Source of the DNA: Phoronis australis
Lineage: Eukaryota; Animalia; Phoronida
Assembly: GCA_002633005.1 (NCBI GenBank)
Contig: NMRA01000304.1
Span: 27,200 to 91,199 of the forward strand
Direction: 5' to 3'
Length of the DNA: 64,000 nucleotides
Under the pieces are notes generated by a model. The model saw only the letters and a program-made list of their open reading frames with translations. It was not told the origin of the DNA and made no database searches. Each line of letters opens with the position of its first letter. Position 1 is the first letter of the stretch. Shown here piece after piece: positions 13,411 through 26,369 of the stretch. A program made the position numbers and the translations under genes.

Positions 13411-13893
13411 TTTTTCATAGTCACTCAGGTTCCATTCTCTTTAAAAAATGAAGTAAATTTTCTTCATTGCACAGTGGAGCAGACGACGAAAACGGAGTCG
13501 TAGTGCGCAGCGCCACTGCCGGTCGCCTGGGATATCGCGGGAGAGCCTATACTTAGCCATAGTTCCGTTACGAAGGCGCGGTGTTCCGAATTTGACACTT
13601 GAAATTGGGTTTGAGCGGTATGACAGTGATGCATAAGTAGATGACAGAACGAGGATTGGTTGAAATCACTAAAACAGGGTTTAGCATCCTTTTAATAAAG
13701 AGTTACTATCAGTAACTTTTTGCTCCTCTTTAAAAGTTGCAACATTCTCCAGAATGCTGGGTACTTAAATACGCGCGTGTGGGAGCGTCTCACCTTATTG
13801 GAAACACAAAGACTCTTACAGTGACACGCGTCGATAGAAATGCCGTCACTTTGACTACCACTTTACCTATGGGGGCCACTGCAAGGGAATGCG

Positions 13894-16800
13894 TCAGTCT
13901 ATAATTTCAGGCTCCTGCCTTAACGTGTCTTTCAACGTTTCCCAGAATGCCTCTTGTCCCACGGCATCGTCTGCTGGCCACTTCAAATATGTGCGTGTTC
14001 GCAACAAATTTACCAGTGTGAGGGGAGCGTCTTGAACGGGTACGTCTTCAAGTAGAATCAAGATAAGAACGTCCTTCTGTTGTTGACGAAAGACATTACG
14101 GGCCATGTGCATTTCAAATATGCACCATTCACTTTGAAGAAAATTTCTGAAAGCAAACGTTAAGAAAAAATAATAACCAAAACAAGCTTCCAAACATATG
14201 AAATTGTGATTTACTGTATCATCAAACGTGCAATTTTACATGTATTCCAAAATCCGGTAGCATTGAACGAAACTGCAATTAAAGCTAAATATATGAAATC
14301 ACTTATCAGTCAATACAAATGCAGATGAAGCAGGAGACTGAGTACGCCGGGTAGAGCCTTACCGGCATGAATTTGAATACCAACATACGCCGGCCAGTAA
14401 TTCAATATGAGTTGCCCGGTTGAGCTATTCAATGCGAGCAGGCCGGACGAGTCGCTTTACCTCAGTCTAATGGGCTGCGTTCCGTAGGTAAAAGTTATTT
14501 CGAGAAACCGAGATCGCGTAATTCTTCGTGTGAGATCGCCATGCCACTTCAGGTGAAGCACCAGCCTCGTCCCTGGGCCTCAAGATGGCGCTGATCGATT
14601 TAGCTCTTTGAGGCTTGTTAAGGAGAAATTTACTTGTATTGGCAGGATTCTGCCTCGTTTTTATGGAAATCAGCGGAATATCACGAGTGATAAAAGTTAG
14701 TTAATTAATGCGAGTGGTTCAGCCGAGCTACTGGAGAACACCGTTATACTAATTTCTCTAGAAATTTGACGATTTTAAAAATTTGAAATTGGCTAATATT
14801 TGCTTTTCAATTACATTGTACGTTTTTTACTTTGAAACTCGTATGCTTAATAGGTGCGTTATACGACAGCAATTCATCCAATACACATTCATCCAAAACA
14901 CATTCAACCAAACATTCGGCTAAGCCCATGGAAAGCGACTAAATCTGACGGCGCTATAAAGCGTTTGATGTACCGAAAACTTTACTGGATACTGTGGGGT
15001 GAATGATACACGCATTCTCATCCACTTGCGTGCAAATAGTGTAAATGTAAATTACGACTTTCAGTTGAGTGGCACTGGGAACTTTAAAACATAATAATAA
15101 TGGTAATGATAATGATAATAATAATGATAATAATAATGAAAGTAACATGATAATGACAGAATTGGTGGGAAATCTAATCTCACCAATAAATCAATAAAAT
15201 AATTCAATAAAACCAAATAATTCAATAAAACCCTCTCAAAACCGATACAATACTTTACCTTGAAACAATCAGTATGCAATGACGACTGTTTTCGATTGCA
15301 CCAATAATGTTTTCTTCAATAGGAGGACCGGGGAGGAAGTTTCTGTAGTGAATACAAAGTCCAAAGTCATTTCCGTCTTCCAGTTTAGTTCTCAGTACAT
15401 CATGTACCCAGTAGCGATCTTCAGAACTGTAGATTACAAAGGCATCGAAGCGGAACTTGCGACACCTGTCGACCTCGCGAGATCTCCTGGCCGCAAAGAC
15501 AATCCAGAATTTGATAGTCCATCGATATCGGTAAAGAACACCTCCAAATGTAATTGATAAAGCGACTCCTATTGCCACTGTAATAGAAATAACTCTCCAT
15601 GTAAGCTTCTTACACTGGTCATTCAGTCGCTTTATGTCGACGTTCTTGATGTAGGCACCGCTGCGGCAGAGATACTGGTCACTATTCAAGAGAGTGACTG
15701 TCCTTGGCTCTGGCGACGCATTATTGAACCATTCCAGAAATGGAAGAAAGTGACAAGATGTGCAATTGAAAGGATTTCCGGAGAAGTCGATCGAAATGTT
15801 TTTCCCATGCCATAATTTCAACGCGCCCTCGGACACAAATCGGATTTTGTTGTTCACGAAGTTAACTTTTTTCAACAGAGGCATTCCAGAAACATCCAGG
15901 TAGGGATCGTCAATAAAGTTTTGTGAAAAATCTAAAAACTCTACAGACTTTTGTACAAAATTTGTAGCTGAAAACAGCCTATTACGCCGAAGAACAATTT
16001 CCTTAATTACTGGGAGTTCACGGAACATATCTGGATAGATTTCAGCCACTAGATTATTATCCGCCAAATCTAAATGCTCTAAGTTCTTTAGATACTTGAA
16101 GTGCTTGGTTTTCTTATCGCGCAGCATGACGTAAAGTCTATTTCCCGTAAGCAACAGCTTTTTCAGGGAAGGGGTCGCTTGCCAGCGGTATGGTTTTATT
16201 GTCGCAAAATCGTTGTATCCCATATCCAGGGTATGGAGGGCATTCAAACACGGGTACGTAGGACCGTGAATTGGCCAGAGTTTAAAATAGCAATGGCTTG
16301 CGTCAAGATACTTTAACTTGTTCGGGTAACAATCTAAGTAGTAAACAAAATCCCCCGGACGGAACAGGCCTTGGAAAATCACTGTCTCCAGGTTTTTTGG
16401 TAATGAAATTTTGTCGTGGATTTCACTATTTGTTTGTACTCTTTTTCTGCGAAATGTGTCTATCCCGCCACGGCGCTTTCGTGGTTTCCCATGGGGTGCG
16501 ATCCCTCTATATGTGGGAAATGTTTCATAAGACGACTCATATTCAGACGATGACATATCGTTGTGATCGCTTCCAAGCTTCCAATAACTAACGTCCACCA
16601 GTGTTAAATTTACCATCCGTAACAAGTTGACTTGAAGCGTAGCAAGATTAGAAAGATCTCCCGCGGATACCAAATTATTTTGACCGATGTAGATTGTTCT
16701 CAGATGTCTGAGATATCTTCCAATATTTTCACTCTCTATAAATACAATGTGGTTCTCTACAAGAGAGATGTTTTCTATTGGTAAGTGAGCAAACACGCGA

Positions 16801-17732
16801 GTTTCGTTTTGGGTCAACTTCACGGGATGTGAAAAATGTTCCAGGTGCTCTAGGTCAAGGTGGGTCAAAGGTGAATGAAGATAGCGGAGTAAATTAATGG
16901 CAGGTTTCAAACCCAGCTGGTCATTCTGACCAAGGTCTATACTCCGCAGTCGAGTAAAGCCCGACAACGCCTTTTCCTCCACTACGCCCAAGCTACATGA
17001 CCTCATGGAAAGTACTTTAATTGTGCTTACGTGTAAAAAAGTGTTTTCCGTTACCAATAAATCGTTTTTGCTCGTTTTTGGAGGAAAAATAATCAATCGT
17101 TCCAGTGACTTGATAGATTCAAATTCTTCATCAAATGTCTTTACTTTGTCGAGTGCACCATCCAGGCCAAAAGAGACTGTTCCATTATACACAAAGTCGA
17201 TAGAGAGATAAGTCAAGTTATTCACATACGGCAGGATTTGAACTGGGTACCCTTCCTGTGTATTTCCAGTCCTTTGGTTTTCCAGAAATAGCTGATTTAA
17301 TGATGAAACTTTTTGGAATGTGGCCGGTTCCAGTTCATGGTACTGAATTCGATTACCATTCAACGCAAGAGTCCCAATGTTACGTAGACCAGCGAAAGCA
17401 CTATGTGAAATATAACTTATTTCATTTCCTGTCAGAATAACGTTTTTGATGTACGGCAACCGTTTGAATGCGTAATCGTATACTACCTGAATGTAGTTTC
17501 CACTCAAGTCGACAGTGAGGCACCGTTCACGTTTGCACTTGAATGCAGAAAAATCGCTGGGTATCGAGGGAAGTCCTTTATTTGAGCAGTTAATGGTAAC
17601 TCTGTCGCTCATCAGCAAACAAGGCGAAATATTCTCCTTCGACTTCAGTGTCGCCGCCGATTTAGCTGTACTCCGAGTCATCGACAACGCAATAAATACA
17701 AAAACCACTTTGACTTGTATTGAAACACTCAT
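13894..17732 (-). CDS. Toll-like receptor, single cysteine cluster type, ~908 aa; exons 17732-15259 and 14146-13894
   Basis: Signal peptide, LRRNT, many LxxLxLxxN repeats, LRRCT (NPFNCTSC), TM helix (VISITVAIGVALSITFGGVLY), and TIR box1 FDAFVIYS with BB loop HYRNFLPG. A phase-2 GT-AG intron (15258-14147) joins IVSR to NFLQSEWCIFE...RTYLKWP...FWETL. Confidence 0.95.
15091..15155. repeat. (AAT/GAT)n microsatellite in the TLR intron
   Basis: Direct reading of the sequence. Confidence 0.8.
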
Positions 17733-20700
17733 ATTGCTTCATCGAGTATTGTAACAGTTGTGAAACAATGATGACTGCTGTTGCTACTGAAAGTAAGAAT
17801 CACGTGTTAAACTAGTTTCGACTGTGGTGATCTGCAGTTTCGGACTATAATTGCGGGGTCAAAGTGAAATACGCTCCGTTGGCTCTTCATTACGAAACTG
17901 TCTGGTTCCGGTTTGTATCGGCCAACGAGTGCCGCACACTTCACCTGTATTTTATATTTAGAGAAAATGACTCCTCGTCAATCAAGTCATTTTCGAAATC
18001 TAAACTAGTTATTGGCGCACTGTTATTTCTTTGCGCTGGTGTGGCGGACGCTTTCTTTCCACAAGGCCCGTTCGCAGCGTTATATGAAGAGTCTACTACT
18101 TTGTTACTTCGTTTTACAAGGATGCATTTCTGCCACTGACAACCACTCTCGTTGATTAGTCAGCTTCAGTTTCAAGTGGTGAGTCTTAACTATCCTTTTG
18201 GTGGATGGATTAACCTGATAAAACGTGGGCTACCTCTTACGGAGTGCGTGGTGACAAAACAACGAGAGAGAAAGAGAAACAAACTTTACCTTTAAATCAT
18301 ATAGAAACATACATTGTTATATAACTGAGTGGCCAGCAAAGGCACAGGCCGCTAATAACTGACCACCGAGTAACAAAAATTAAATAGATAATAACAATTA
18401 AGAAGAAAAATATAAATAACAACAGAAAAAGTATATATACAGAGAGACAAAATACATTGCAAGGTTATTTAAATTAAACGTATTTTACAAAATTTTGTAG
18501 ACAAAGACTATGGATACACGGTTAAAAAAGCAAGGCACAAGATGCAAGAGGGGTGATCACGGTTACTTCAATTAGAGCATGCATAAAAATGTAAAACGTT
18601 GCACCAACCCAGCCAACCAGCGATCGAGAACGTTCGGAAGACGATCGAGAGCGAAAATTGGCGCGAGAAGCAAAGCCAGGCAAGGTGAGTAAATTTGATG
18701 AATTTTTGTTGTTTTTACTTCCAATGTGAAAACGGAAGCATGAGTTGAAGGCGCAACACATTGAGGAAAGGCAGGTAGAGGATTAGGCTGGTGTCTCTTC
18801 CAATTATTGGAGAAAAGTTACGTTAAGCGAGGCATCGCATGAGCCGAAGGTGATTTGTATGTCATTTTGGCAAATTGCGGTTATTTTTGGCACTAAATCA
18901 AAAAAATTACCGTGAAGTTATGAAGAAATGACATGTGAAAATATAATGCAACGCATGTTTTTGGAGTTTTGTCAGGATCTCTGAATTTTCGACACATTTC
19001 TGTTGAAAGATTGAAAGATGCGATCGAGAACGCAAAGATAGGCGATCAGAAACGCAAATTTGTGTTTGTTTATGCGATCGGGAACGCATCGTGGTGTGTC
19101 GAACAATAATGAACTTTTTACGTATAAAACGTAGAAAAGGTTACAAAATAAGTGTGGTGCAATGAATTAATCACATGCTGCGTCACTTTTGTGTTACTTT
19201 CGTATCAAAACTAAACAATAGCATAGCATATTACCAGTAAATCGCCATGAGCACTATCAAAGATTTTATAGGGACATAGTATGTTTGGCATTACACGTAC
19301 ATCAAGCATGCTATTTTAGTTATAGATGTTTTCACAAATGAATATATTTTCATTTCAGGAAACAAGTTCACTGTTATTGTGAGGTGAGCTTCAACGAACA
19401 TGTTACCAACGACGTGGAGGTACACCCTATCATGGTTTTGAAATACAGACTTCTAATTTTAGACGAAACCACTAGGAACAAGGGGTTCTAAACTGAAGAC
19501 TCACCCAGGAGTTGTTCCATGTGACGTGCCAGCCAGGTGTAAACAAATTGTTGCAGCAGATGAAAGCGAGTGTCGATTATTTTTACAAAATTGTGACAGC
19601 AAAAGGAAAAAAATACAAATAGCCAGTGAAGTCAAAGAATGATGATGAGCTTGCCCATGGGGAGAGAGACTGGTGGAGTACCGTGGCAACACCGTTCACG
19701 AGATGATTAAAAAATTCCCTCTCATGAACGTCTAGGATTTAAAAATTGCCAGAAATTGTGTAAACTGATGTGACTGTCACATGCCAAGTGTATCCTTTAA
19801 TATTGACTGTATGTCGCTGTCAGAAATAAAAGAGAAAATAAAAGAACTTGGTCTAAAAACTAAGTTAAGAAGTGATATTGCAGTTGGACGTTTCTCTAGT
19901 CATAAACTTTGTAAGTTTTACCCGTGTACTCACGAACTCGAAACGAGTTCCGTGTCAAACGTTAAAATTTGAGATATGAACACTAACTACATAATGCCAC
20001 CTCCTTAAATCCACCAATGTAACGGTCAAACTATCCATGGGAAAAAATAGGAGAATATTAGTATTCAGTGCCATTAAGTTGCTGTCAAAAGTGATGTTTG
20101 TGCAATCACATTCTTGCACCCAAAACTTTATCTTGGTGCAAGGAATGTACTTATATTTCGCATCTATTTAAAAAAATTACGTTGAAGTAATATTCTCAAC
20201 TTTAAATTTTACTTTTGCTAGCTGGTAAAGTGTACACATAATTTCAACATGGGATTTTTTTTATTAATCATTTGTACACACGACCCCACAACAAATTATG
20301 TTCAACCTTTCGGTCAGTAGTCAAGCTGCAGCCCATTCTCCGGCTGGCTCGTGTCACCGCGCGAGCAATATCTATTTGTCCTCATCCCAACTCGGTGATC
20401 CTCGCTGTGCAAATAGAGCTACTTTCATGATAGCAGGCTTACTCTCTGAGAATTGACTCAGCGGTATGCTTCTCCGTTGCATTTGCACCCTGATTCACGC
20501 ATCTCCTAAAAACATGAAAAATTATTCAATCAATCAATCAGTCAATCAGTCACTTGTTTGGCATATGATCTGACCCTTCTCTGACACGTAACTTTTTTCA
20601 CAGACCTGCTTCACCTGGGTGTCCTCAATTTCACGATTCTGCCGCTGGTCTCCTATTCCCACCCCCAACATTGAATTCCGTTCGTTGTGTTCGTCTATGA

Positions 20701-21091
20701 GTAACTCGTCGTACATCGGGTCTTCAGTGTCTTGGCAAACTGCGTTGCCACACTCAGATTCTTGAGTTGTTTCCCCACTAAGTTGCTCATCGTTTGCGAA
20801 TTCACTCTTTGGACCTGGGTCAAACTGAACAACACGGATTTCAAAGTTTAGATTATTCGTCATCGTAGGGTCTGTCCACCGAAGAAAGACTTGCTTTCCC
20901 ATTGTGTGCTCACCAATTACGTTCCAAACTTTTAGTAGCTTGAAGCACAAGTCAGCTGCTTCTGTACTGAATCGCAGGCTATGTTTGACGACATTCAGGT
21001 CCGCTTTTTGCTTGCAATATTTGTTCGATTTACTGTTGATGCTACATCTGTCGAGTCCTTTTAAGAGTACTTTCGAATCTTTGCACGTTGA

Positions 21092-22044
21092 CTGTACGTC
21101 ACCGCCACCTGTTGAAATTTCAGTGATCAAATGTCTCAATGTTTAAAATTGTAGTTTCCATTACGTGATAACGAACAACTTCACCATCACATTAACATTT
21201 TACCAGTACATCTCAATATTTTAAGCTGGTTAAATTCTCAAAAATTTAACAATTTGCTGGACATTGACGGTTTTACCTTAACTTTATTGAAACGAGCCTG
21301 CTGCAGACTCAAAGCCGCTGCCTCCGAAGTACAAACCTTAAAGGCGAATGCCACCCGATTTAATTAGTCTTTTTTGCCGTCTTAATCGGTCTATTTCCAC
21401 ATCGTCTCGCGTACGGTCGACCTTACCTTGCCAAGAGGTGTCGCGTTAACCTGTGAGGAAGGTGAGAAACGACACTAGCGACGTCAGCGTTTCATATGCC
21501 TAGTGAATGCGGCTACGTTGCAGTGTATCGTTCCCGCTTGTCAGAACTAAGCAGCTGCGAGGAAAGCGAGTATATCGTGTTTTTTTTTTTACTTCTTCGA
21601 GAGTCCGAAATGCTTAGGAAGTGGTTCGTGGTAGTGAAGAATGAATTGTACACTGTAAATAGCAAGTAAGACATCTCCGTGTCTGTGGCCTGCAGACAAC
21701 GTCGACAGTGCCTCACGAATGCCGGCTTACCAAATAACTCCATACGTTCCGTTGTCTGAGCTTGTTCACGGCGCCTCTTTAGTATTTCTTCATNCTGTAC
21801 GTCACCGCCACCTGTTGAAATTTCAGTGATCAAATGTCTCAATGTTTAAAATTGTAGTTTCCATTACGTGATAACGAACAACTTCACCATCACATTAACA
21901 TTTTACCAGTACATCTCAATATTTTAAGCTGGTTAAATTCTCAAAAATTGAACAATTTGCTGGACATTGACGGTTTTACCTTAACTTTATTGAAACGAGC
22001 CTGCTGCAGACTCAAAGCCGCTGCCTCCGTAGTACAAACCTTAA
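21092..22044. other. Haplotype-like duplication 21092-21341 / 21795-22044 across a single N (21794)
   Basis: About 250 bp nearly identical; the second copy starts right after the N. Confidence 0.75.
21342..21793. mobile_element. Allele-specific insertion at TTAA (Kolobok-like terminus), truncated by a contig break
   Basis: Copy 1 reads CC-TTAA-AGGCGAATGCC; the duplicated copy (22041) reads CC-TTAA-CGCTCC. A TTAA target with a purine-purine start fits Kolobok. Confidence 0.5.
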
Positions 22045-23309
22045 CGCTCCTCCCCTGAGATAAGTCACACTGGTTAAATGACAATTAATTACAGGGCTGA
22101 CGTGTTTAAAAGCCACATAAACCACTGGCAACTATTTCAGCGGGTGTCATGCAAACAACAGCGAGATATTTTAAACGTTTTTAACTGGTAAAAGACACTG
22201 GAAATGGCTTCAGCAACACCAAGAATTGACGAGCGTCAAAAACACAGCAGACCCTAGAAGATGGTTGGAAAGTCGGGAAGTAGTAAGAAGTCAGGGGCGG
22301 GAACTCCGTACCCTGGAGTTTGGACCCCGGTTATGTACAGTGGTCACTGGGTATGGAGTATTTTCAATGCGTGTGGGAATTAAGGGGTATTGTTACGATG
22401 TTCGGTCAGGGACTGGTGTTTAGGGAATCAAAGCTCGAATTCAGAGGAGAGGCCATTGAGTCGTTTCCACTCCTTGAAAATGCTCAGCCATGGGTACTCC
22501 GCTTTTCAGTATAGACAGAGCCGGATTTCAAGTGGATGGGGAACGGGGGGGGGGGCAATTGTCACTCTTCCCTTTCTTGCTATGGGTCCTAGCAAACAAA
22601 GAAATACCAACTTCCTAATCAAGAATCGTAATTGTTCTCACTTCCCGATCAGAGGGAGAGGCACTGTCCAAAAGTTCTTCTCCTAGTCTTCCCCTTCGTC
22701 AATTCTTCTTCTCAGTTACCGGCAGGTCTATTGATAATGAGCCTTGACACACGACATTGGCTTCACTTTGTGCTATTGATCATAAAAAATACACAGACAG
22801 TAGGGAATCAATTCGAAACAGTGTTCGGATTTCAATTGCCGGAGGACGGATCTCGGCTGCCGGGAAGAGGAGGGCGGCGTGTGTTTGTGCCCTTTGGCCA
22901 TGGCATTATTTATGGAAGACATCGACGTAAATCGCTTCATCAAAGCTGGCGATGAATAATGGTTTGTGGAAAAAAATCCATCGTTTTTTTCAAGTATAAA
23001 AACTCATTTTATAAACTGCACAAAAGGTTGCAACATAAAGTATAAAAACTTATTCTTGACAGAAAGAAAACGGAATTACTAAGCAAAACAAGGTTAATCG
23101 ATTGACCTAACTCGGCAATTAAACCGGAACTTACTAAAGCAAAACGCAAAGTCGATCTTTAGACATAACACAGCAATAAAGCACGCAGGGGAGGTCGAGA
23201 AAGGATATTTAAACAAACCTTTCTTAATCCAGGCCATTTGATTTGGAACAATTTTCATAATTTGGCAAATTTTCAAATTTGTTCTCGTGATTTATAATAA
23301 GCTATTATC

Positions 23310-23475
23310 CCCGTTTTATCAACGACTTACTAGTTCGTTTACCTTACTTATTGATTCGTTCCTACGATTTAACCAATTCGTTTCCACGACTTATCCAATT
23401 CGTTCCCGCTACTTAACCAATTCGTTTCCACGATTTAACCAATTCGTTTCCACGACTTATGCAATTCGTTCCCGC
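23310..23475. repeat. ~21-bp minisatellite (TTCGTTTCCACGA(T/C)TTAACCAA); related array at ~25240-25392
   Basis: Tandem units are visible in both arrays. Confidence 0.75.
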
Positions 23476-23479
23476 GTTA

Positions 23480-24019
23480 ATAAGGCCATAGATATGTTGT
23501 GTATGACCTCGGGAAATCAGCATTCATTTAAATATCTACAAAAGTGTTTATTTTAACTTAGTAAAAATATATTTTCTGAAAGTAGAAAGAATGTAGAATT
23601 TGATTTTAGATTTTACATCAATCTGCCATTAATTACATGATCATATCTTTTTAGTAAAATTGAGCAAAAAATAATAAACATTCGTGGCAAAAACAATGGT
23701 ATCAACAACATGACCAAATTTCATTTGATATAAAGATACAAAGTAAAATCTCAAAGAAGCTGTTACAGTTTGCCAAATAAGTGTTTCGTTTTCGTTTTAT
23801 GCAACTTTTAAAGTTTTCTATAAAAAACATTCGTGTATAAGAGCCCCTCTTGCACAAGTGGAACATTTTACAAATATTGCCCCTCAGAGATTTGGAGATC
23901 AATGCATTAGCATAGAATCTGAAAGCTTCATAAGAATTCAACCAATTATTTCTGAGACATGATGTTCCGAAATAAGCCATGGTACTGAGGTAATTTTTTA
24001 AGGTCCTGCTTAGCCTTAA
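23480..24019 (+). mobile_element. ~540-bp MITE with TAAGG...CCTTAA ends
   Basis: Homologous along its length to 25423-25967 and partly to 3540-3871. Confidence 0.6.
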
Positions 24020-24873
24020 CAAATTTACTTTGGCTTATTATTCGCGTTTCTGAGCCGTTTCAAAATCATCGCCGGCATTGGCAGTTGTCCGAAAACATTA
24101 AGCTCTTGATTTCAAATTTGATGCAATTCCACACAATTTTATGATCAAGTATATCAGTTAAAAGTTTGTTGGCTCTCACAGCGAAGCGTTGATATGAACA
24201 GCGAGGTTTTGCATCATTTCAGGGATTGCGGTAATGAAAGTAGTCATCATAAATTAATGATAAATATATACACATATCTAAACATTTCAATTTAATAATC
24301 GTTACAATAACCATCTTTCAAAAAGAAAGTTGCTGGGTCAAAGATTTAAAAGAGAATTCTCAAGACACTAACAAATTGTGACCTGTTACCAGTAGCAATA
24401 GCTTATCTTTCCACGAGCGGATTTTCAATGTTGAAACACCACAACTCGTTTGTTTTTAACTTTAGTTACTAATAACAGTTATTCATTAACATTATTCGTG
24501 CATTACCTTGAGTTAAGCAGACGCTGAACAATATAAATGCAGTTATAGTCCACACTCCACAAAGAATTATGCAAATTTCAACCAGTAACTTCCAGACAGA
24601 ATGAGATTGCAAAGGCCCAAATTCATTTTCCTGAAATAAACGGGACTGTCTATCAGATTACATCGAGGATGGTCTTTTAAGAGTCCACATAAACAGTTTC
24701 AAGATCAAAACAGCGTAATCTCTGTTCTACGTCAACGTGAGTTAGTCTTCATGGAGGGTGCCGTCAGGAAAGGCTTGTGTAACATTTATTGGCCCCGTGA
24801 AAATGGCCCCCAAGAGCCATTATTCAAAGCTGAAAATAACGCTTAACACTAAGAGATGAGTGCAGTCTATCTT

Positions 24874-25008
24874 GGATGGGACTTCCAGTCAAATCATAGC
24901 TTAGGGTTCCCCCAGAGGATGTGACCGTGAACAGTTGCACGGATGGGACTTCCAGTCAAATCATAGCTTAGGGCTTCCCCAGAAGATGTGACCGTGAACA
25001 CTTGCACG
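24874..25008. repeat. Tandem duplication of a ~66-bp unit
   Basis: GGATGGGACTTCCAGTCAAATCATAGCTTAGGG...GATGTGACCGTGAACA.TTGCACG occurs twice. Confidence 0.85.
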
Positions 25009-25422
25009 AAGCTTAATTGTAAGCATATGCACGAAATCCAACTTACCCAATCATTGTGTCTTTCCTTTTTGAAAAGCGGGATTTCTTTGTTTCTAGCACA
25101 GCAAATGCAAGGCTCTATAATGACAGTGAACAGCAAAATCCACCGAGCCATCTTTATTTTAGCAACCTAATGGCTAGCAAACCGGACAAAAAATAAACAC
25201 TTTATGCACATTATACGAAAATTATCCGTTGCCACAATTTTAATAATTAGTTCCCACCATTTACTAATTTGTGTCCACGATATAATATTTCGTTCTAACC
25301 ATTTGACTTGTTCGTTTCGACGATTTAACAAACTCGTTCTAACGATTCATTAATCGGTTACCACGATTTACGAATTCGTTCCCACGATTTATTTATGTGT
25401 AGGTGCGGGTCACAACGCCCTC

Positions 25423-25967
25423 TAAGGTGATGTGGGACCTTATCGACAAGTGTGTGCATTTAACAAAATATCAAGATAACTCATAGACTTTAACTCAGTG
25501 AAAGTATATATATTTTATGAAAGTAAGAAGCAAGTAAAATTAGATGTTTAACTTTTTATTAATTTATTTTATTTGGGTCGTTGGCCACGTCTTTTGGTAC
25601 AATTTTGCAAGCAAGAAAGTTGCTTTGTTAGGAAAACAGCAGTATCAATAGCATGGTCAAATTTTATTTTATGTAAATGTTCAAGAAGAAATCTTTCTCA
25701 AAAATGATGTTACAGACTTTTGAAATATCATCTCGTTGTCGTTTTGTGAAACGTCAACGCTTTTTTCATAAAAATCATAAAAGTACTATTCCTATAGCCC
25801 CTCATACAAAGTGGAACATTGTAAAACAGTTCCTAACAGAATTTTGATGACAGTGCATAAAACATAGTATCTGAAAATTTCATATGAGCCCGCTTAGCCA
25901 TTTCTGAGATGTGATGTTCCAAAATTAGCCAAATTATGGCATTTTTCAAGGGTCTTACGTAACCTTG
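25423..25967 (+). mobile_element. ~545-bp MITE, same family as 23480-24019
   Basis: Imperfect TIRs AAGGTGATGTGGGACCTT / AAGGGTCTTACGTAACCTT, plus shared internal blocks such as AAGTGGAACATT and TTTCTGAGA..TGATGTTCC.AAAT. Confidence 0.6.
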
Positions 25968-26299
25968 CCTCCAGAAGATAACATTGTGCGTTTGGAAAAA
26001 CGTTTAATAAAAACCGTATACAGACAACGTATTTTTAAAACGCAGACTGATTAGTAAGACAGACTGGGGACAATAGTTCCTGTTTCGAGCCAGAAATTTT
26101 CTTGTTAAAAAATAAAACGAAGACTTAGAATTTCAGCGCCATGTCCGAGCCAAAGCACCTATGCGCATGGCCATGAACAACAAGTTGACCTTGGGCATTT
26201 TGCTCCATTTATGTATGCGCAGTTCCCCAACTTCACACCATCTACCAGACACTTCACCGATCGGCCATTTTTATCAAAACATTTTGTCTTGTAAGAACT

Positions 26300-26369
26300 C
26301 AGACTCGTCCCCAGGCCTCAAGATGGCTAAACCGATTAGCGCCATCTTTAGACTTGGGGACGAGTCTGG
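26300..26369. mobile_element. ~70-bp palindromic mini-MITE (also ~29904-29975; half copy ~14562-14605)
   Basis: CAGACTCGTCCCCAGGCCTCAAGATGGC...GCCATCTTTAGACTTGGGGACGAGTCTG is a near-perfect inverted repeat. Confidence 0.7.

Noticed and set aside
23310-23475. CRISPR-like short repeat array (also 25240-25392 and 40185-40445)
   Set aside because: Degenerate tandem units without unique spacers, in a eukaryotic context with no cas genes.
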